Virus record (IMG/VR): IMGVR_UViG_3300042542_002916
Location: 1-64,000 of that record
From: a virus
Length of the DNA stretch: 64,000 nt
Strand: one strand, 5' to 3'
The notes under the pieces were generated by a model that had not been told where the DNA came from, ran no database searches, and worked only from the letters and a program-made list of their open reading frames with translations. A program made the translations under genes and the position numbers. This document shows positions 41,001-55,094 of this stretch, piece after piece. Position 1 is the first letter of the stretch. Each line of letters begins with the position of its first letter.

Positions 41001-41364
41001 CTGTAAAGTACTTGACAGCTTGATTGCTAGGAGTAGAGCTACCAATATTAAGAACAGTATCGTTAATTACAGGAGCATTGAGAGTAACTCCTCCAGCAAC
41101 AGCTCCAGTAATGTTGATATCTACAGAACTGCTATTTAAAAATTTTAAAACTCTGTTAGATGCTTTTTGTGCATACACAAGGGAACCACTTGTTACACCT
41201 GTAACTTGACCTACTCCATCAGAATAGATGTAGCTAGTTCCTGTGTTGATTGCTGCAGGAATGTTAGAATCTCTAAAATAGATAAAGTTTTCTACATCAT
41301 TAACATTGGCTCTTCTGAATGAGTGAACACCAGCAGCGCCAACAGCAGATACATTTATAGCCAC
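35017..41364 (-). CDS. Giant repeat-rich virion structural protein (2115 aa)
   Basis: Many 'HG..G..V.Y...GL..G..YYV' beta repeats, one Gly-rich domain, HRPFDGGV and RQTRKYFRYQSGKG; GGAGG RBS plus GTG. Confidence 0.8.
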   Translation of the reverse strand: MAINVSAVGAAGVHSFRRANVNDVENFIYFRDSNIPAAINTGTSYIYSDGVGQVTGVTSGSLVYAQKASNRVLKFLNSSSVDINITGAVAGGVTLNAPVINDTVLNIGSSTPSNQAVKYFTAGTPITGLTSGNTYFLKNVTATFTGVQSLYTISGNTHTFTTCGQTGRVGPNSAQILAGYSTSWHGQNLTQGAFQGYQDWVVPISGIYQFTASGAAGFDGSGTGGVGRGAVVRGRVALTKGEIITIVVGQRGAAPSSGGVWGGSGGGTFVVRKTGNEPLFVAGGGSGESNTGAGRDGVLNQLAGTSTNNTIAGGAIGFGGRSAGGRSAAGGGFFSRGESSNVSGTIFLGGGSFLDGLSMGTNARIGGYGGFGGGGQSDGDITGQSGGGGGYSGGGGARSLTAGHSGGGGGSFITAKATDVATSTGLFDGQNTFNGAAITNLASFNTGEGSVVMSIISSFTTGNEVYPTAADSEAGTNKIAIAPAGSSYHAFLPINYDSQNDLIHSPAAHNLVNGEAVVVNFNGTAPAGITNATTYYVNTVNNFTYRLSSTPSPTFTTINLTLPSTRETTTSSTISRVVANVAEDTLTISSHGFQVDQPLIYSNGGGTSIVPLVNGSTYYVQEVLDANRIRLKLALNSNTYINLTAAGTGTAHSFIFATVNITENTLYIANHGLVDGQTVRYSNNGGTTIPGLSNNGTYYIKKVDNSIVRLATSTALTSFADITGAGTGTQQLLITALDYADDRITLPSHGFLQGELVLYDAKGQTVVNGLTTATPYYIIFVDQDNIKLATTPENAVAGTAVNITDTPAGVGRHTLQSLSKTPDGIYNITTLPNGAPNTFTVTAQGQVPEIEKIFNPRSTIDIVQNAFFIPSHGFLTGTKVLYDKGPAATAISGLTDLTNYYVVAINKDYIRLASSAANAATGVVVTVADFGTGVAHQFTSSQINGNVTGAGSVTIASGSVLVTGTGTQFTKILKVGDRFRLFPPNITKSHGTLTFAAADVNTSTNLIGKAHTLPTGQEVVFSAGGGTAPAPLVEGATYYVRAASSSTIALHTTVADAIAGTNTIDITTAGTGTAFTISANAVNLSVIFAASDINTSTDVITKAHNFSTGCQVIFNNGGGTSPTGLTNNDSYFVRRTGATTLTLHPTEADANAGTNTVDITAAGTGLAFRLYADQTDFAAVNVDTVTNRITRTHNFATGDAVKFGANGGVSPSPLVDGYYYFVRKISDTQITLHGSAADATTNTSPADFSTVGTGSLFAFTQTIPVGPIIRRIAAIGSDTQISVDRPYATAYNAVSYSYPTFIYVRPEGYSLHRPFDGGVEMSVGSGTSWGSIVRQTRKYFRYQSGKGLQTSCGINFKPSIDLESMIKTSATTIECKTRRPHGLINDLFVFISEAKDSYGNTSTIYNGAFQVTVINLTTFRISRDGGIPENRAYGFPQFYVREWQGGAVRTGMYDFQNGMYFEFDGQKIYAVRRSSTQQIGGTAAALQGSELIFGTGTSFQAQLDVGDFVVMRGQSYRITQIDSETRMSVRPEYKGSSGPEKEFNPATVVNTSTDVFTINGHGLTDLLPVVYNSIDGEPIGGLVNGRTYYISLINGNTFKLKSAPDAEGFVNLSSVGTTTVHSLTPAKSGIIVTKTVNTKTPQEDWSIDPCDGTGVTGYNLDLSRIQMAYIDYSWYGAGKIRYGFKTTDGQVQYVHEYVHNNNLFESYLRSGNMPARYEVVTYENPTYIPSLFHWGTSVMMDGRFDDDNAYLFSQNSQTLDIRGTTAKSFASTGTNLTNDLMTVQTHGFRSGDIVQFESIGSSGVRGANTQNPPTRIVGSNTLANLTNGQRYKVIANSANLIHLSPLASTISTGASFARTSNVMTVTTVAPHNLTTGMYVGVYGVANTVLNGNQPATSPTGVANGAFTVTVTGTNTFTYPSVGTNQTILVESGSIIAEVIDFTGQGNTQFTYFLYPDGSLNNTSGPNYQPLISLRLSPSVSEGLTGKLGDRDVINRMQLRLNEIAVSTDQLVDVKVLLNPRLNNLNFVGVDSPSLTQIVEHTAADTVSGGVQIYNFRGAIGTTVANVSSLFEMSNSILGGDSIFPDGPDIITIAVARLSGNSTLASAKLSWSEAQA

Positions 41365-41392
41365 TTAAAGACCTCCATACAAAAAGTTACCA

Positions 41393-44300
41393 TTAGGACA
41401 CAACTCCGATTTTGTAACGGACAACAACAATTCCTGAACCGCCAGAACCGCCATAGTTATTACTGCTGTAGTGAGAACCTCCACCACCACCAGAACCTGT
41501 GTTTTGTGCTGCGTCGCCACCTGGAACGTTTGTCTGAGAGTTAATGCTTCCGTATCCACCAGGGTTAGCAGTATTAATACCATCAACACCACGGTTATCA
41601 AAGTTGTTAGCAGCACCACCGCCACCGCCTCCGCGACCACCAGAGTTGTCTTGGTATGCGGAGTAGTTAGAACCACCACCACCAGCTGCCCAATAGAAGC
41701 TCGGGCCCAGAATAGTATTTAGTGTTCCAGCACCACCTCTAGGGGGATTGCTTTGACCAGCAGTAGCAGAACCACCACCACCAGCTGGGTACCAAAAACC
41801 TGAACCAGTTCCACCGTCTTTACCTTGCGAAGCAGTTGCTGTACCACGACGGCCTCCACCATATTCACCGTCAGTAGATCTGTTGCTTTGAGCGTTTCCG
41901 CCACCACCAGATGCACCACCACCAGAACCTACAGTCTGACCATTATTCAAACCACCAGCTGGGTTGTTACCACGGTCGTGGTTAGATGCACCACCACCAC
42001 CACCAAACGCTACTAAGTTAGCGTTAGTTCCAATAAGTGAAGAGCTTGCACCTTCAAAACCTCGACGGTTACCAACACCTGAGTTGTTACCGCTACCACC
42101 AGCACCTACCACTACTGCATAGTTTCCTGCTGCGGCTGTAAATGTGCCAGCTAGATAACCACCAGCTCCACCGCCGCCGCCCATATCTGAACCGCCGCTA
42201 CCGCCTCCACCAATTACCATGTATTCAATGGTGTTGCTTCCTGTAGTTGCGTTACCAGCTACTGAAACTGCAAGAGTTGCTGATCCAACGCTTGTAAATC
42301 TGTGAACAGCATAAATGTCGTTTCCTACTGTAAGGCTTGATACAGACCCTCCAGTTGCAACAGGGTAGTCACCGCTAGGACTTCCAGTAATTGCGTAACG
42401 AAGTACAACAATTCCTGAACCACCAGCACCACCAGCACCAGTGTAGTGAGAACCTCCACCACCACCAGAACCTGTGTTTGCTCCTGCGTTACCACCAGCA
42501 ACACTTGAGTTGGTGTTAATGTTACCGAAACCACCAGAAGTTGCTGCATTGATACCATCAAGACCAGGGTTGCTGAAGTTGTTATAAGCACCACCGCCAC
42601 CGCCTCCGCGACCACCACGGTTGTCTTGGTATGCGGAGTAGTTAGCACCACCACCGCCAGCTGCCCAGAAATAGTTAACGCCTAAAATAGCATTTGCAGT
42701 TCCTATACCACCTGTAGGTGGGTTGCTTCGACCAGCACCACCAGAACCGCCACCGCTACCTGGATACCATGTACCAGAACCAACTCCGCCGTCTGTACCC
42801 TGACCAGCAGTTCCTGTACCTCTACGGCTACCGCCATATGCACCATCTGGGCTGCGATTATCTTGTGCACCACCGCCACCACCTGATGAACCTCCACCAG
42901 AGGCAACAGTTTGACCGTTGTTCACACCACCAGCTGGGTTGTTACCACGGTCGTGGTTAGATGCACCACCACCACCACCAAGGGCGGTTATGTTTACACC
43001 AGTTCCAATAAGTGAAGATACGTCACCTTCAAAACCTCGACGAGCAACTTGAGGTCCTGGCGCTCCTGCACCACCAGCACCTACGACTACTGCATAATCT
43101 CCTACTGAAGGAGTAAATGTTCCAGCTCTATAGCCACCAGCTCCACCGCCGCCGCCCATATCTGAGCCACCGCCGCCTCCGCCACCTACTACTAGATACT
43201 CAACACTTGATCCACTTGGGACAGATGAAACAGAAAAAGTAGAAGAACCAACAGCGGTAAATGCGTGTACTCTAAAGAATCTTCCTTCGCTATATGCATT
43301 TGGAAGAATTGTTCCACCAGTTGCAGTGATAGGGATAAAAGTAGCTTCATTGACTGTAAAATTGTGAGCATCGTAGACTGTTTCTACAAAATAAAACTTT
43401 TGGTCGTAGTTTGATACAAAATTACCACCAACAGAAGGAGCTGCATATTGAAGCATCTCGTTTTTAACAAAATTGGAATTTTTAACATGAAAAATGTCTT
43501 TATCTATAGATACACCAATTTTTGTAAATGTTTGACTGCCAGAACCGCCAGATGGAGTCAAACTGGAAGCATCGGTAGGGAGGCCCTTCAACCTAATGTT
43601 ATATAAATTTGGACCAGCTTCGGTAATTTGAGAAATAAAATATGTAGTGTTATTTGCTAAACTAGTTGCAGCAGCGCCTGAAGTTGAATAGCGAACCATC
43701 GCTCCAACGTAGTAATCAAGACCCGCTCCAGCGGTTACTTGAACTAAAATATCTGTAGCTGTAAAACCAAGAATAGTGCAGTTACCGTTTGGTGCTGTAG
43801 CACTAGCACCAGCTGCTCCAACATAACCTTGATTACCGCCATCAAATTCTAGAGGGGTTTCAAGTAGAACTGTAATAGGGATTTCTGTAACAGGGTTACG
43901 GTTGTTTCCAGCAAAAGTACGAGCTTGATTAGCTAATTGCATTGTTCCAGACATAGTGGAAACAATGTCAATTACATCTCCGTCTGGAGTTGCGCTTACT
44001 TGAAAAGTAGATACACCTGAAACATTGAGAGAGTTAGTTGTTTTTAGAAAAACAATTCCTCTAGGATTATCAAAGAAATACCCAGTCGATGCTGGAACTG
44101 TTAAATTGTAATATAAAGGTGTTCCAAGAGGTTGATTAGCAAAATTTTCTGTTCCATGTGTAACAGCAATTGTGTCGTTTGTTGTATTTACTCCTGTAAT
44201 TGTGCTTGTTGCACCGCCAACTACTCCGCTGTTGGACCAATCAATATTAAAAGTTGAAAGAGTGTTAGAACCATCAAAAGTCTGAGCTGTTGCAGAGTTA

Positions 44301-44968
44301 GATGAGTCAAAAGATTTAGCTGAAGTGTTTGAAGCTTCAAACTCCTGAGAAATTGTTGAGTTAAGGTTGAGGAAGTAGAACGGGGTATTAAGACCAAAAC
44401 CGTGAGTAGAGTCTGTTTTTACAGTAAGGGTTGAGACTGGCTCTGCGTCTGTTGTAATACCTTCTGCATCTGCAATACGAATCTGAGAGCCCTGAAAGAA
44501 TTCTCCAGTAATAATCGACGTGTAAAGGTCTTCAATAGCATTATTACCATTTTGCTCGTCTTTACATAGATATGTAAAGGTAGTCCCGTTAGGGATAGAG
44601 TTAATAATGTAAGCACCGTCTGCGGTAACTGACTTAGTTCCAGTTACGTTAATTGGAATACCGACAGCTAAACCATGTTCTGTAGCTGTAACTACAGTGA
44701 TTTCACGAGTTCCAGTGTTCGTAGAGATAGATGTGATACCTGGAATTGTGGTATCACCGCTCTTAGAGAAGAACGAAGGGGTATTGTTAATAAGCTCAAC
44801 GGTTTCCCACTTAGTAGGCTGTAGACCATACTCAAAGTCGGTATCAATTAAGTTTTCTGGCTGGGAAATACGGAGCTTGGTTACTGGATCAATAAACTCT
44901 TTTGGAAAACGAATCTCTCCGCCTGTGCCGCTAGAGCTGCTGCCGCCGCCACCTAAGAAACCTGGCAT
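41393..44968 (-). CDS. Large virion structural protein with two C-terminal glycine-rich domains
   Basis: KLRISQPENLIDTDFEYGLQPTKWE N-terminal motif, HG repeats, and duplicated EYLVVGGGG...GGSGIVV.RY domains. Confidence 0.8.
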   Translation of the reverse strand: MPGFLGGGGSSSSGTGGEIRFPKEFIDPVTKLRISQPENLIDTDFEYGLQPTKWETVELINNTPSFFSKSGDTTIPGITSISTNTGTREITVVTATEHGLAVGIPINVTGTKSVTADGAYIINSIPNGTTFTYLCKDEQNGNNAIEDLYTSIITGEFFQGSQIRIADAEGITTDAEPVSTLTVKTDSTHGFGLNTPFYFLNLNSTISQEFEASNTSAKSFDSSNSATAQTFDGSNTLSTFNIDWSNSGVVGGATSTITGVNTTNDTIAVTHGTENFANQPLGTPLYYNLTVPASTGYFFDNPRGIVFLKTTNSLNVSGVSTFQVSATPDGDVIDIVSTMSGTMQLANQARTFAGNNRNPVTEIPITVLLETPLEFDGGNQGYVGAAGASATAPNGNCTILGFTATDILVQVTAGAGLDYYVGAMVRYSTSGAAATSLANNTTYFISQITEAGPNLYNIRLKGLPTDASSLTPSGGSGSQTFTKIGVSIDKDIFHVKNSNFVKNEMLQYAAPSVGGNFVSNYDQKFYFVETVYDAHNFTVNEATFIPITATGGTILPNAYSEGRFFRVHAFTAVGSSTFSVSSVPSGSSVEYLVVGGGGGGGSDMGGGGGAGGYRAGTFTPSVGDYAVVVGAGGAGAPGPQVARRGFEGDVSSLIGTGVNITALGGGGGASNHDRGNNPAGGVNNGQTVASGGGSSGGGGGAQDNRSPDGAYGGSRRGTGTAGQGTDGGVGSGTWYPGSGGGSGGAGRSNPPTGGIGTANAILGVNYFWAAGGGGANYSAYQDNRGGRGGGGGGAYNNFSNPGLDGINAATSGGFGNINTNSSVAGGNAGANTGSGGGGGSHYTGAGGAGGSGIVVLRYAITGSPSGDYPVATGGSVSSLTVGNDIYAVHRFTSVGSATLAVSVAGNATTGSNTIEYMVIGGGGSGGSDMGGGGGAGGYLAGTFTAAAGNYAVVVGAGGSGNNSGVGNRRGFEGASSSLIGTNANLVAFGGGGGASNHDRGNNPAGGLNNGQTVGSGGGASGGGGNAQSNRSTDGEYGGGRRGTATASQGKDGGTGSGFWYPAGGGGSATAGQSNPPRGGAGTLNTILGPSFYWAAGGGGSNYSAYQDNSGGRGGGGGGAANNFDNRGVDGINTANPGGYGSINSQTNVPGGDAAQNTGSGGGGGSHYSSNNYGGSGGSGIVVVRYKIGVVS
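41405..43325. repeat. Tandem duplication (~975-nt period) of the glycine-rich domain
   Basis: 56-nt perfect identity at 41951-42006 versus 42926-42981, plus several further identical blocks. Confidence 0.85.
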
Positions 44969-45052
44969 TAGTTACTACCTCTCTCGGGAGCTAAAAGATT
45001 TGTTAATAGAATAACAGTCTTTGTACATAATGATTTTGTAAGATTCATATAA

Positions 45053-45703
45053 TTATACACCCATCCACCACGACATAGATGTTGAAAATGAACCTTGAGG
45101 GCCAGTTGGTCCTGCAGATCCAGTTGAACCACCCTGTGTTTCAATAAATACACCATTACTATAAACATATGTTTTTGCAGTAGATGTGTTAAACCAAGCA
45201 TCACCGTTTACAGCATCTTCAATATCTGGTTGCACTGCTGATGCAGTGAATTTACCTACAGGACCTGTAGGACCCGTTGGTCCCGGAACCTCAGACTGTG
45301 CACCAACTGGACCCGTTGGTCCTGTTTGTCCACGAGGACCAGTAGGTCCTTGCGGTCCAGTTACGTTTGAGTCAGCACCTGTTGGACCAGTAAAACCACG
45401 AACACCTTGTGCACCAGTAGATCCTTGTGGACCAGTAATACCTTGAGGACCTGTTGGGCCCGTTACACCTTGTGGACCAGCAACAGTCGAATCAGGACCA
45501 GTTGGACCTTGAATACCTTGAGGACCTGTAGCACCAACGCCACCTGTAGGTCCTGTTACACCCTGAATACCTTGAGGACCAGTTGGACCAGTTGGGGTTA
45601 CACGAAGAACCTCCCAAACTGCCCCGGTCCATACCCAGGTGTTACCGCCACCAGTAAACTGTTCGCCTACTGCTGCTGGTGTTGGAAAATCAATCGCTGC
45701 CAC
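45053..45703 (-). CDS. Short collagen-like protein
   Basis: [16 protein letters not shown]-terminus, GPT repeats and a GDAWFN module. Confidence 0.8.
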   Translation of the reverse strand: MAAIDFPTPAAVGEQFTGGGNTWVWTGAVWEVLRVTPTGPTGPQGIQGVTGPTGGVGATGPQGIQGPTGPDSTVAGPQGVTGPTGPQGITGPQGSTGAQGVRGFTGPTGADSNVTGPQGPTGPRGQTGPTGPVGAQSEVPGPTGPTGPVGKFTASAVQPDIEDAVNGDAWFNTSTAKTYVYSNGVFIETQGGSTGSAGPTGPQGSFSTSMSWWMGV

Positions 45704-45752
45704 TATGGTCCGTCCTTTCTCTGCTCAAATTACTATTCTACGTTATTAATGC

Positions 45753-45920
45753 TTATTCAATATATGGTTCTATAATTCCAACATTTTTTGCATTTACATA
45801 TGATGTTGCCCAATTTATTGCTGCTGTCAAAGACTCCCAAGGACCGCATTCGTCGATAATGGTGTCTCCTTGAAGAATCTGAACCAATGGTCCATCTTCT
45901 ATGATGATATAAGTAAACAT
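45753..45920 (-). CDS. 55-aa hypothetical protein (not in the ORF track)
   Basis: MFTYIIIEDGPLVQILQGDTIIDECGPWESLTAAINWATSYVNAKNVGIIEPYIE; AGGAG RBS 5 nt upstream. Confidence 0.7.
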   Translation of the reverse strand: MFTYIIIEDGPLVQILQGDTIIDECGPWESLTAAINWATSYVNAKNVGIIEPYIE

Positions 45921-45928
45921 TTCAGCTC

Positions 45929-46843
45929 CTAAACCGCGTACGCAATCTTGCCAGAGTTTCCTACAGCAAGTCCTAGAACTGTAGTCACATACAGACCATT
46001 GATATTACTCAAACCAAAACTTGACACCCTTTGAGCCCAGTTGACTCCATCAAAAGAAGTTCCAAGTTTTCCAGAAGCTCCTGCTGCAACGTAAGTATCT
46101 GCAGTCACATCAACTGTTCTCACCGCAGAGGCTCCAAATGAACTTGCTGGGAATGATTGAGTCCAAGCAGTTCCAGTTGCTGAAGTAGCAATCTTTCCAG
46201 AATCTCCTACAGCCACAAATTGACTTCCAGCTGGATTTGAAGAGACCGCGTAGATAATGCTTGTAATAAAAGAAGAGCTTCTTTGAGTCCAAGCAACACC
46301 ATTTGTTGATGTAGCCAATTTTCCATCATACCCAACTGCAACAATAAGACTGTTGGTTGCGTAGACACCATTAATAAAAGAAGTTCCAAACGAGGAGGTT
46401 CGTAGTGTCCAAGTAACACCGTCTACTGAGGTAGCAAGTTTTCCTGAACCTCCAACTGCAACCCACAGCGAGGCAGAGGGAGCATAAGTAACTCCCAAAA
46501 TTGTGCTTGCTCCAAAAGCAGAAGCTCTCATAGTCCAGTTAATTCCGTCAGGAGATGTAGCTAATTTTCCTGAACTTCCAGCAATTACATATCGACTATC
46601 GCCATATGCAACTGCATAGATATTGCTCCCAGAAAACTGAGAATCTCTTTGAGTCCAAGTATTAATATCTGTAGAAGTAGCTAATTTTCCAGAGCTACCA
46701 ACTGCTACAAACTGCCCAGCGCCACTAGATGCAACTGCATTGATGTTTGTTGTCCCAAATGAAGAGTTAGCAACTTGTTGCCATGCAACAGGAACAAACG
46801 GAACAGTAAGGGTTGCATGCATAGCATGCGTGGCAATTAACAT
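45929..46843 (-). CDS. Beta-propeller (BNR/Asp-box-like) protein
   Basis: About seven repeats of VAVGxxGKLATSxDGxxWTxRxSSFGxxxI. Confidence 0.8.
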   Translation of the reverse strand: MLIATHAMHATLTVPFVPVAWQQVANSSFGTTNINAVASSGAGQFVAVGSSGKLATSTDINTWTQRDSQFSGSNIYAVAYGDSRYVIAGSSGKLATSPDGINWTMRASAFGASTILGVTYAPSASLWVAVGGSGKLATSVDGVTWTLRTSSFGTSFINGVYATNSLIVAVGYDGKLATSTNGVAWTQRSSSFITSIIYAVSSNPAGSQFVAVGDSGKIATSATGTAWTQSFPASSFGASAVRTVDVTADTYVAAGASGKLGTSFDGVNWAQRVSSFGLSNINGLYVTTVLGLAVGNSGKIAYAV

Positions 46844-46845
46844 AA

Positions 46846-48750
46846 CTACACCGACAAGTTTCCGCTAAGTAGCCATGAGTTGTTTCCAAGCTTAATTAAG
46901 GAAGCAACCGCATAACGTGCCTTAGTTGTATATCGAGAACCTTCAGAAAGAACGTTAACTCCTGAGGCCCCAGTGATTGTTACTAATCCAATACCCAACT
47001 GAGTTAAAACAATTTGAGTTCCAACATCGAATGTATAGCCATCTGTCCCATCAAGAGGAACTGTCACAACGGTGGCACTAGAACTGTTGACTTTTACAAT
47101 TGTTGCTTTATCACCAGCAGTAAGAGTAATTGAGTTTAGATACTGAGCTCCAGTAAGGTTAAAGAACGCTGGACCTGTTGGACCAGCAGGACCAGTTACG
47201 CTAGGCCCAGTAATACCTTGTGGCCCAGTAATACCTTGTTCACCTTGTGGTCCAGTAATACCTTGAATACCTTGTGGTCCAGTAATACCTTGAATACCTT
47301 GTGCACCTTGTGGGCCAGTAGGACCAACAATTGGACCAGCGTTTACCCATGTAGAACCATTCCACACATAAAGGCTTCCGTTGGCAGTAACAATCCAAGC
47401 ATCGTTTACAGCATTTCCAACTGATGGAAGATTTCCTACAGCAGCAACGCTTCCTTTAACAGTAATAGATGTTCCTTGTGCACCTTGTGGACCTGTTGGT
47501 CCAATAGAGCCAGACCCAAGAACAAAGTTCCAAGAAGCGTAAGTATTACCATCACCATTGATAGCATCAACTGTCATTGTTACAGCTGTAACATTGATAA
47601 AAGTAATAATGCCTTCCATATAGTTAGATGGAAAAGCAGAGCTTGCAAGACGAGCTCTTGTGCCTACTGCAAATGCATCAATTTTATTAACTGTAAAGTT
47701 TTTACTTCCAAGACCAATTGTTACGGTTGAAGTAGAAGTAACTCCAGCAAAACTTGCACCAGAAGCACCTGTTGGGCCTGTAGCACCTTGAGCGCCTTGT
47801 GCACCAGTTGGTCCAATTGGTCCTTGAGGACCAGTTACTGTTGACGCAGCACCTGTCGCTCCAGTTGCACCTTGTGCACCAGTAGGACCTGCAATTGTTG
47901 AAGCAGCACCTGTTGCACCTGTAGCACCAGCTTCACCACGAAGACCTTGTGGACCAGTAATACCTTGAACACCTGTTGCACCAGTTGCACCTGTTGGTCC
48001 AGTTGGTCCACCAGATGGACCAGTCGGCCCAGTTACACCAGTAGGGCCAGTTACAGATGGACCAGTTGCACCTGTTGCTCCGTTAGGACCAGTCGCGCCA
48101 GCAAAACCACGAGGACCAGTAGGACCAGTAGGACCAGCATTACCTTGAGCTCCTGTTGCACCAGTTGGGCCTTCAGATCCAGTTGGACCAGTACCACCTA
48201 ATGGACCTGTTGCACCAGTTGGACCGCGTGCTCCTTCAGAACCTGTTGCGCCAACTGCACCAGTTGGACCATAAGGACCAGTTGGGCCAGCTACATATAA
48301 ACCTTGTGCTCCAGTTGCACCAGTGAGACCACGAGGTCCAGTTGCTCCCGTTGGGCCTGTCGCTCCCGTAGGACCTGTGACAGTTGAAGCTGCACCCTGT
48401 GCACCCGTTGCACCCGTTGGACCAGCAGGTCCAATGTTGCTTGATGCAGACTCAACCCAGTAAGAATCAAAGTAAACATAAACACGACCAGTTGAAGAGT
48501 TAAACCATGCGTCTCCTGTTACAGGAGTTGGACTTACAGGTGGTGAATCAGCAGCTACTGTAAAACGACCTGTTGGTCCAGTAGGACCTGCAACGCTTGA
48601 AGCGCTACCCTGTGGACCTGTAGGACCAGTAGCACCTACAACTGAAGAAATAACTAAGTTCCACGCTGTACCAGTCCAGATCCAAGTTTGAGATCCTGAG
48701 GTAAACGTACTATTTAAACTCGGTGAGTTTGGAAAATCAATAGCAGCCAT
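46846..48750 (-). CDS. Collagen-like fibre protein with a C-terminal knob domain
   Basis: MAAIDFP N-terminus, long GPT/GAT tract, LYVWNGS.W module, C-terminal knob. Confidence 0.82.
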   Translation of the reverse strand: MAAIDFPNSPSLNSTFTSGSQTWIWTGTAWNLVISSVVGATGPTGPQGSASSVAGPTGPTGRFTVAADSPPVSPTPVTGDAWFNSSTGRVYVYFDSYWVESASSNIGPAGPTGATGAQGAASTVTGPTGATGPTGATGPRGLTGATGAQGLYVAGPTGPYGPTGAVGATGSEGARGPTGATGPLGGTGPTGSEGPTGATGAQGNAGPTGPTGPRGFAGATGPNGATGATGPSVTGPTGVTGPTGPSGGPTGPTGATGATGVQGITGPQGLRGEAGATGATGAASTIAGPTGAQGATGATGAASTVTGPQGPIGPTGAQGAQGATGPTGASGASFAGVTSTSTVTIGLGSKNFTVNKIDAFAVGTRARLASSAFPSNYMEGIITFINVTAVTMTVDAINGDGNTYASWNFVLGSGSIGPTGPQGAQGTSITVKGSVAAVGNLPSVGNAVNDAWIVTANGSLYVWNGSTWVNAGPIVGPTGPQGAQGIQGITGPQGIQGITGPQGEQGITGPQGITGPSVTGPAGPTGPAFFNLTGAQYLNSITLTAGDKATIVKVNSSSATVVTVPLDGTDGYTFDVGTQIVLTQLGIGLVTITGASGVNVLSEGSRYTTKARYAVASLIKLGNNSWLLSGNLSV

Positions 48751-48759
48751 TTTTTACTC

Positions 48760-49455
48760 CTAACCCAAAACCGACTCGTAGGTGAATTGAATTAGAATTT
48801 TGTCGTTTGCAGAAAACAAGAAAGGAGTACTTTCTGTTACAGCAACACCTTCATCATATGTTGCACTCTGAGAGTGTATATAAAGCTCAATTCTGGTGTT
48901 GACGTTGTTATTAAAAATTGCTGTACCAAAGTAAGTGATACCTGGTCCTTCGTCGCGCATAACAACTTGACCTACTGGCTGATAATTTTCAATAACTCCA
49001 GCAGCAGGAAGACTTACTGTATAAGTACCTAAACCACGGTTAAATCCAGCGGTTCCAGCAATAATACGAATTTCACCCATAATAGTTGCACCAAGATTTA
49101 CATAACGACCAGTGATACTTCCATTACCAAGTGTTGGGTTTGTTGTGCTTCCATAAAGAACTGGTGTGTATGTAGTCCATGGAGTAAGTGCAAAACTACC
49201 TGTTGGACCTGTTGCTCCCGCTGGTCCCGTTACTGTGCTAGCTGCACCTGTAGGTCCAGTCGGTCCCGCGCCACCTGTAGGACCTGTTGGTCCAATCGCA
49301 GTTGAGTTAGTTCCTGCAGGTCCTGTAGGGCCTGTTGGTCCAACTGCACTGGTACGAACTAGACGCCAAGAAGAGCCGTTCCAACGATATGTATTAATAC
49401 CGTTTGTGTATACATCATTGAGCGATGGGCTTGGTGGAAAATCGATTGCTGGCAT
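48760..49455 (-). CDS. Short collagen-like protein with a WTTYTP-type C-terminal head
   Basis: MPAIDFP, GPT tract, WTTYTPVL..NG..TGRY. Confidence 0.8.
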   Translation of the reverse strand: MPAIDFPPSPSLNDVYTNGINTYRWNGSSWRLVRTSAVGPTGPTGPAGTNSTAIGPTGPTGGAGPTGPTGAASTVTGPAGATGPTGSFALTPWTTYTPVLYGSTTNPTLGNGSITGRYVNLGATIMGEIRIIAGTAGFNRGLGTYTVSLPAAGVIENYQPVGQVVMRDEGPGITYFGTAIFNNNVNTRIELYIHSQSATYDEGVAVTESTPFLFSANDKILIQFTYESVLG

Positions 49456-49472
49456 TGTTATCTACCCCTTTC

Positions 49473-54989
<5,517 letters not shown>

Positions 54990-55094
54990 TGGCGGCACTC
55001 CAGGTCTAAGTGGCGTTTATATGAAGACTGCACAGGTAACAGACTTCTCGACCGTTTATATTCTACGCGGTTTTTGGAAGGGCTAATCTGAAAC

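Noticed and set aside
41365-41682. Frameshift or read-through joining the two giant genes via the 105-aa ORF in frame with gene B
   Set aside because: It would need both a frameshift and read-through of a TAA immediately before the GTG; gene B has its own GGAGG RBS.
41405-43325. Possible DGR template/variable repeat pair
   Set aside because: Both copies are in-frame coding domains, the differences are not adenine-restricted, and no reverse transcriptase is in the window.
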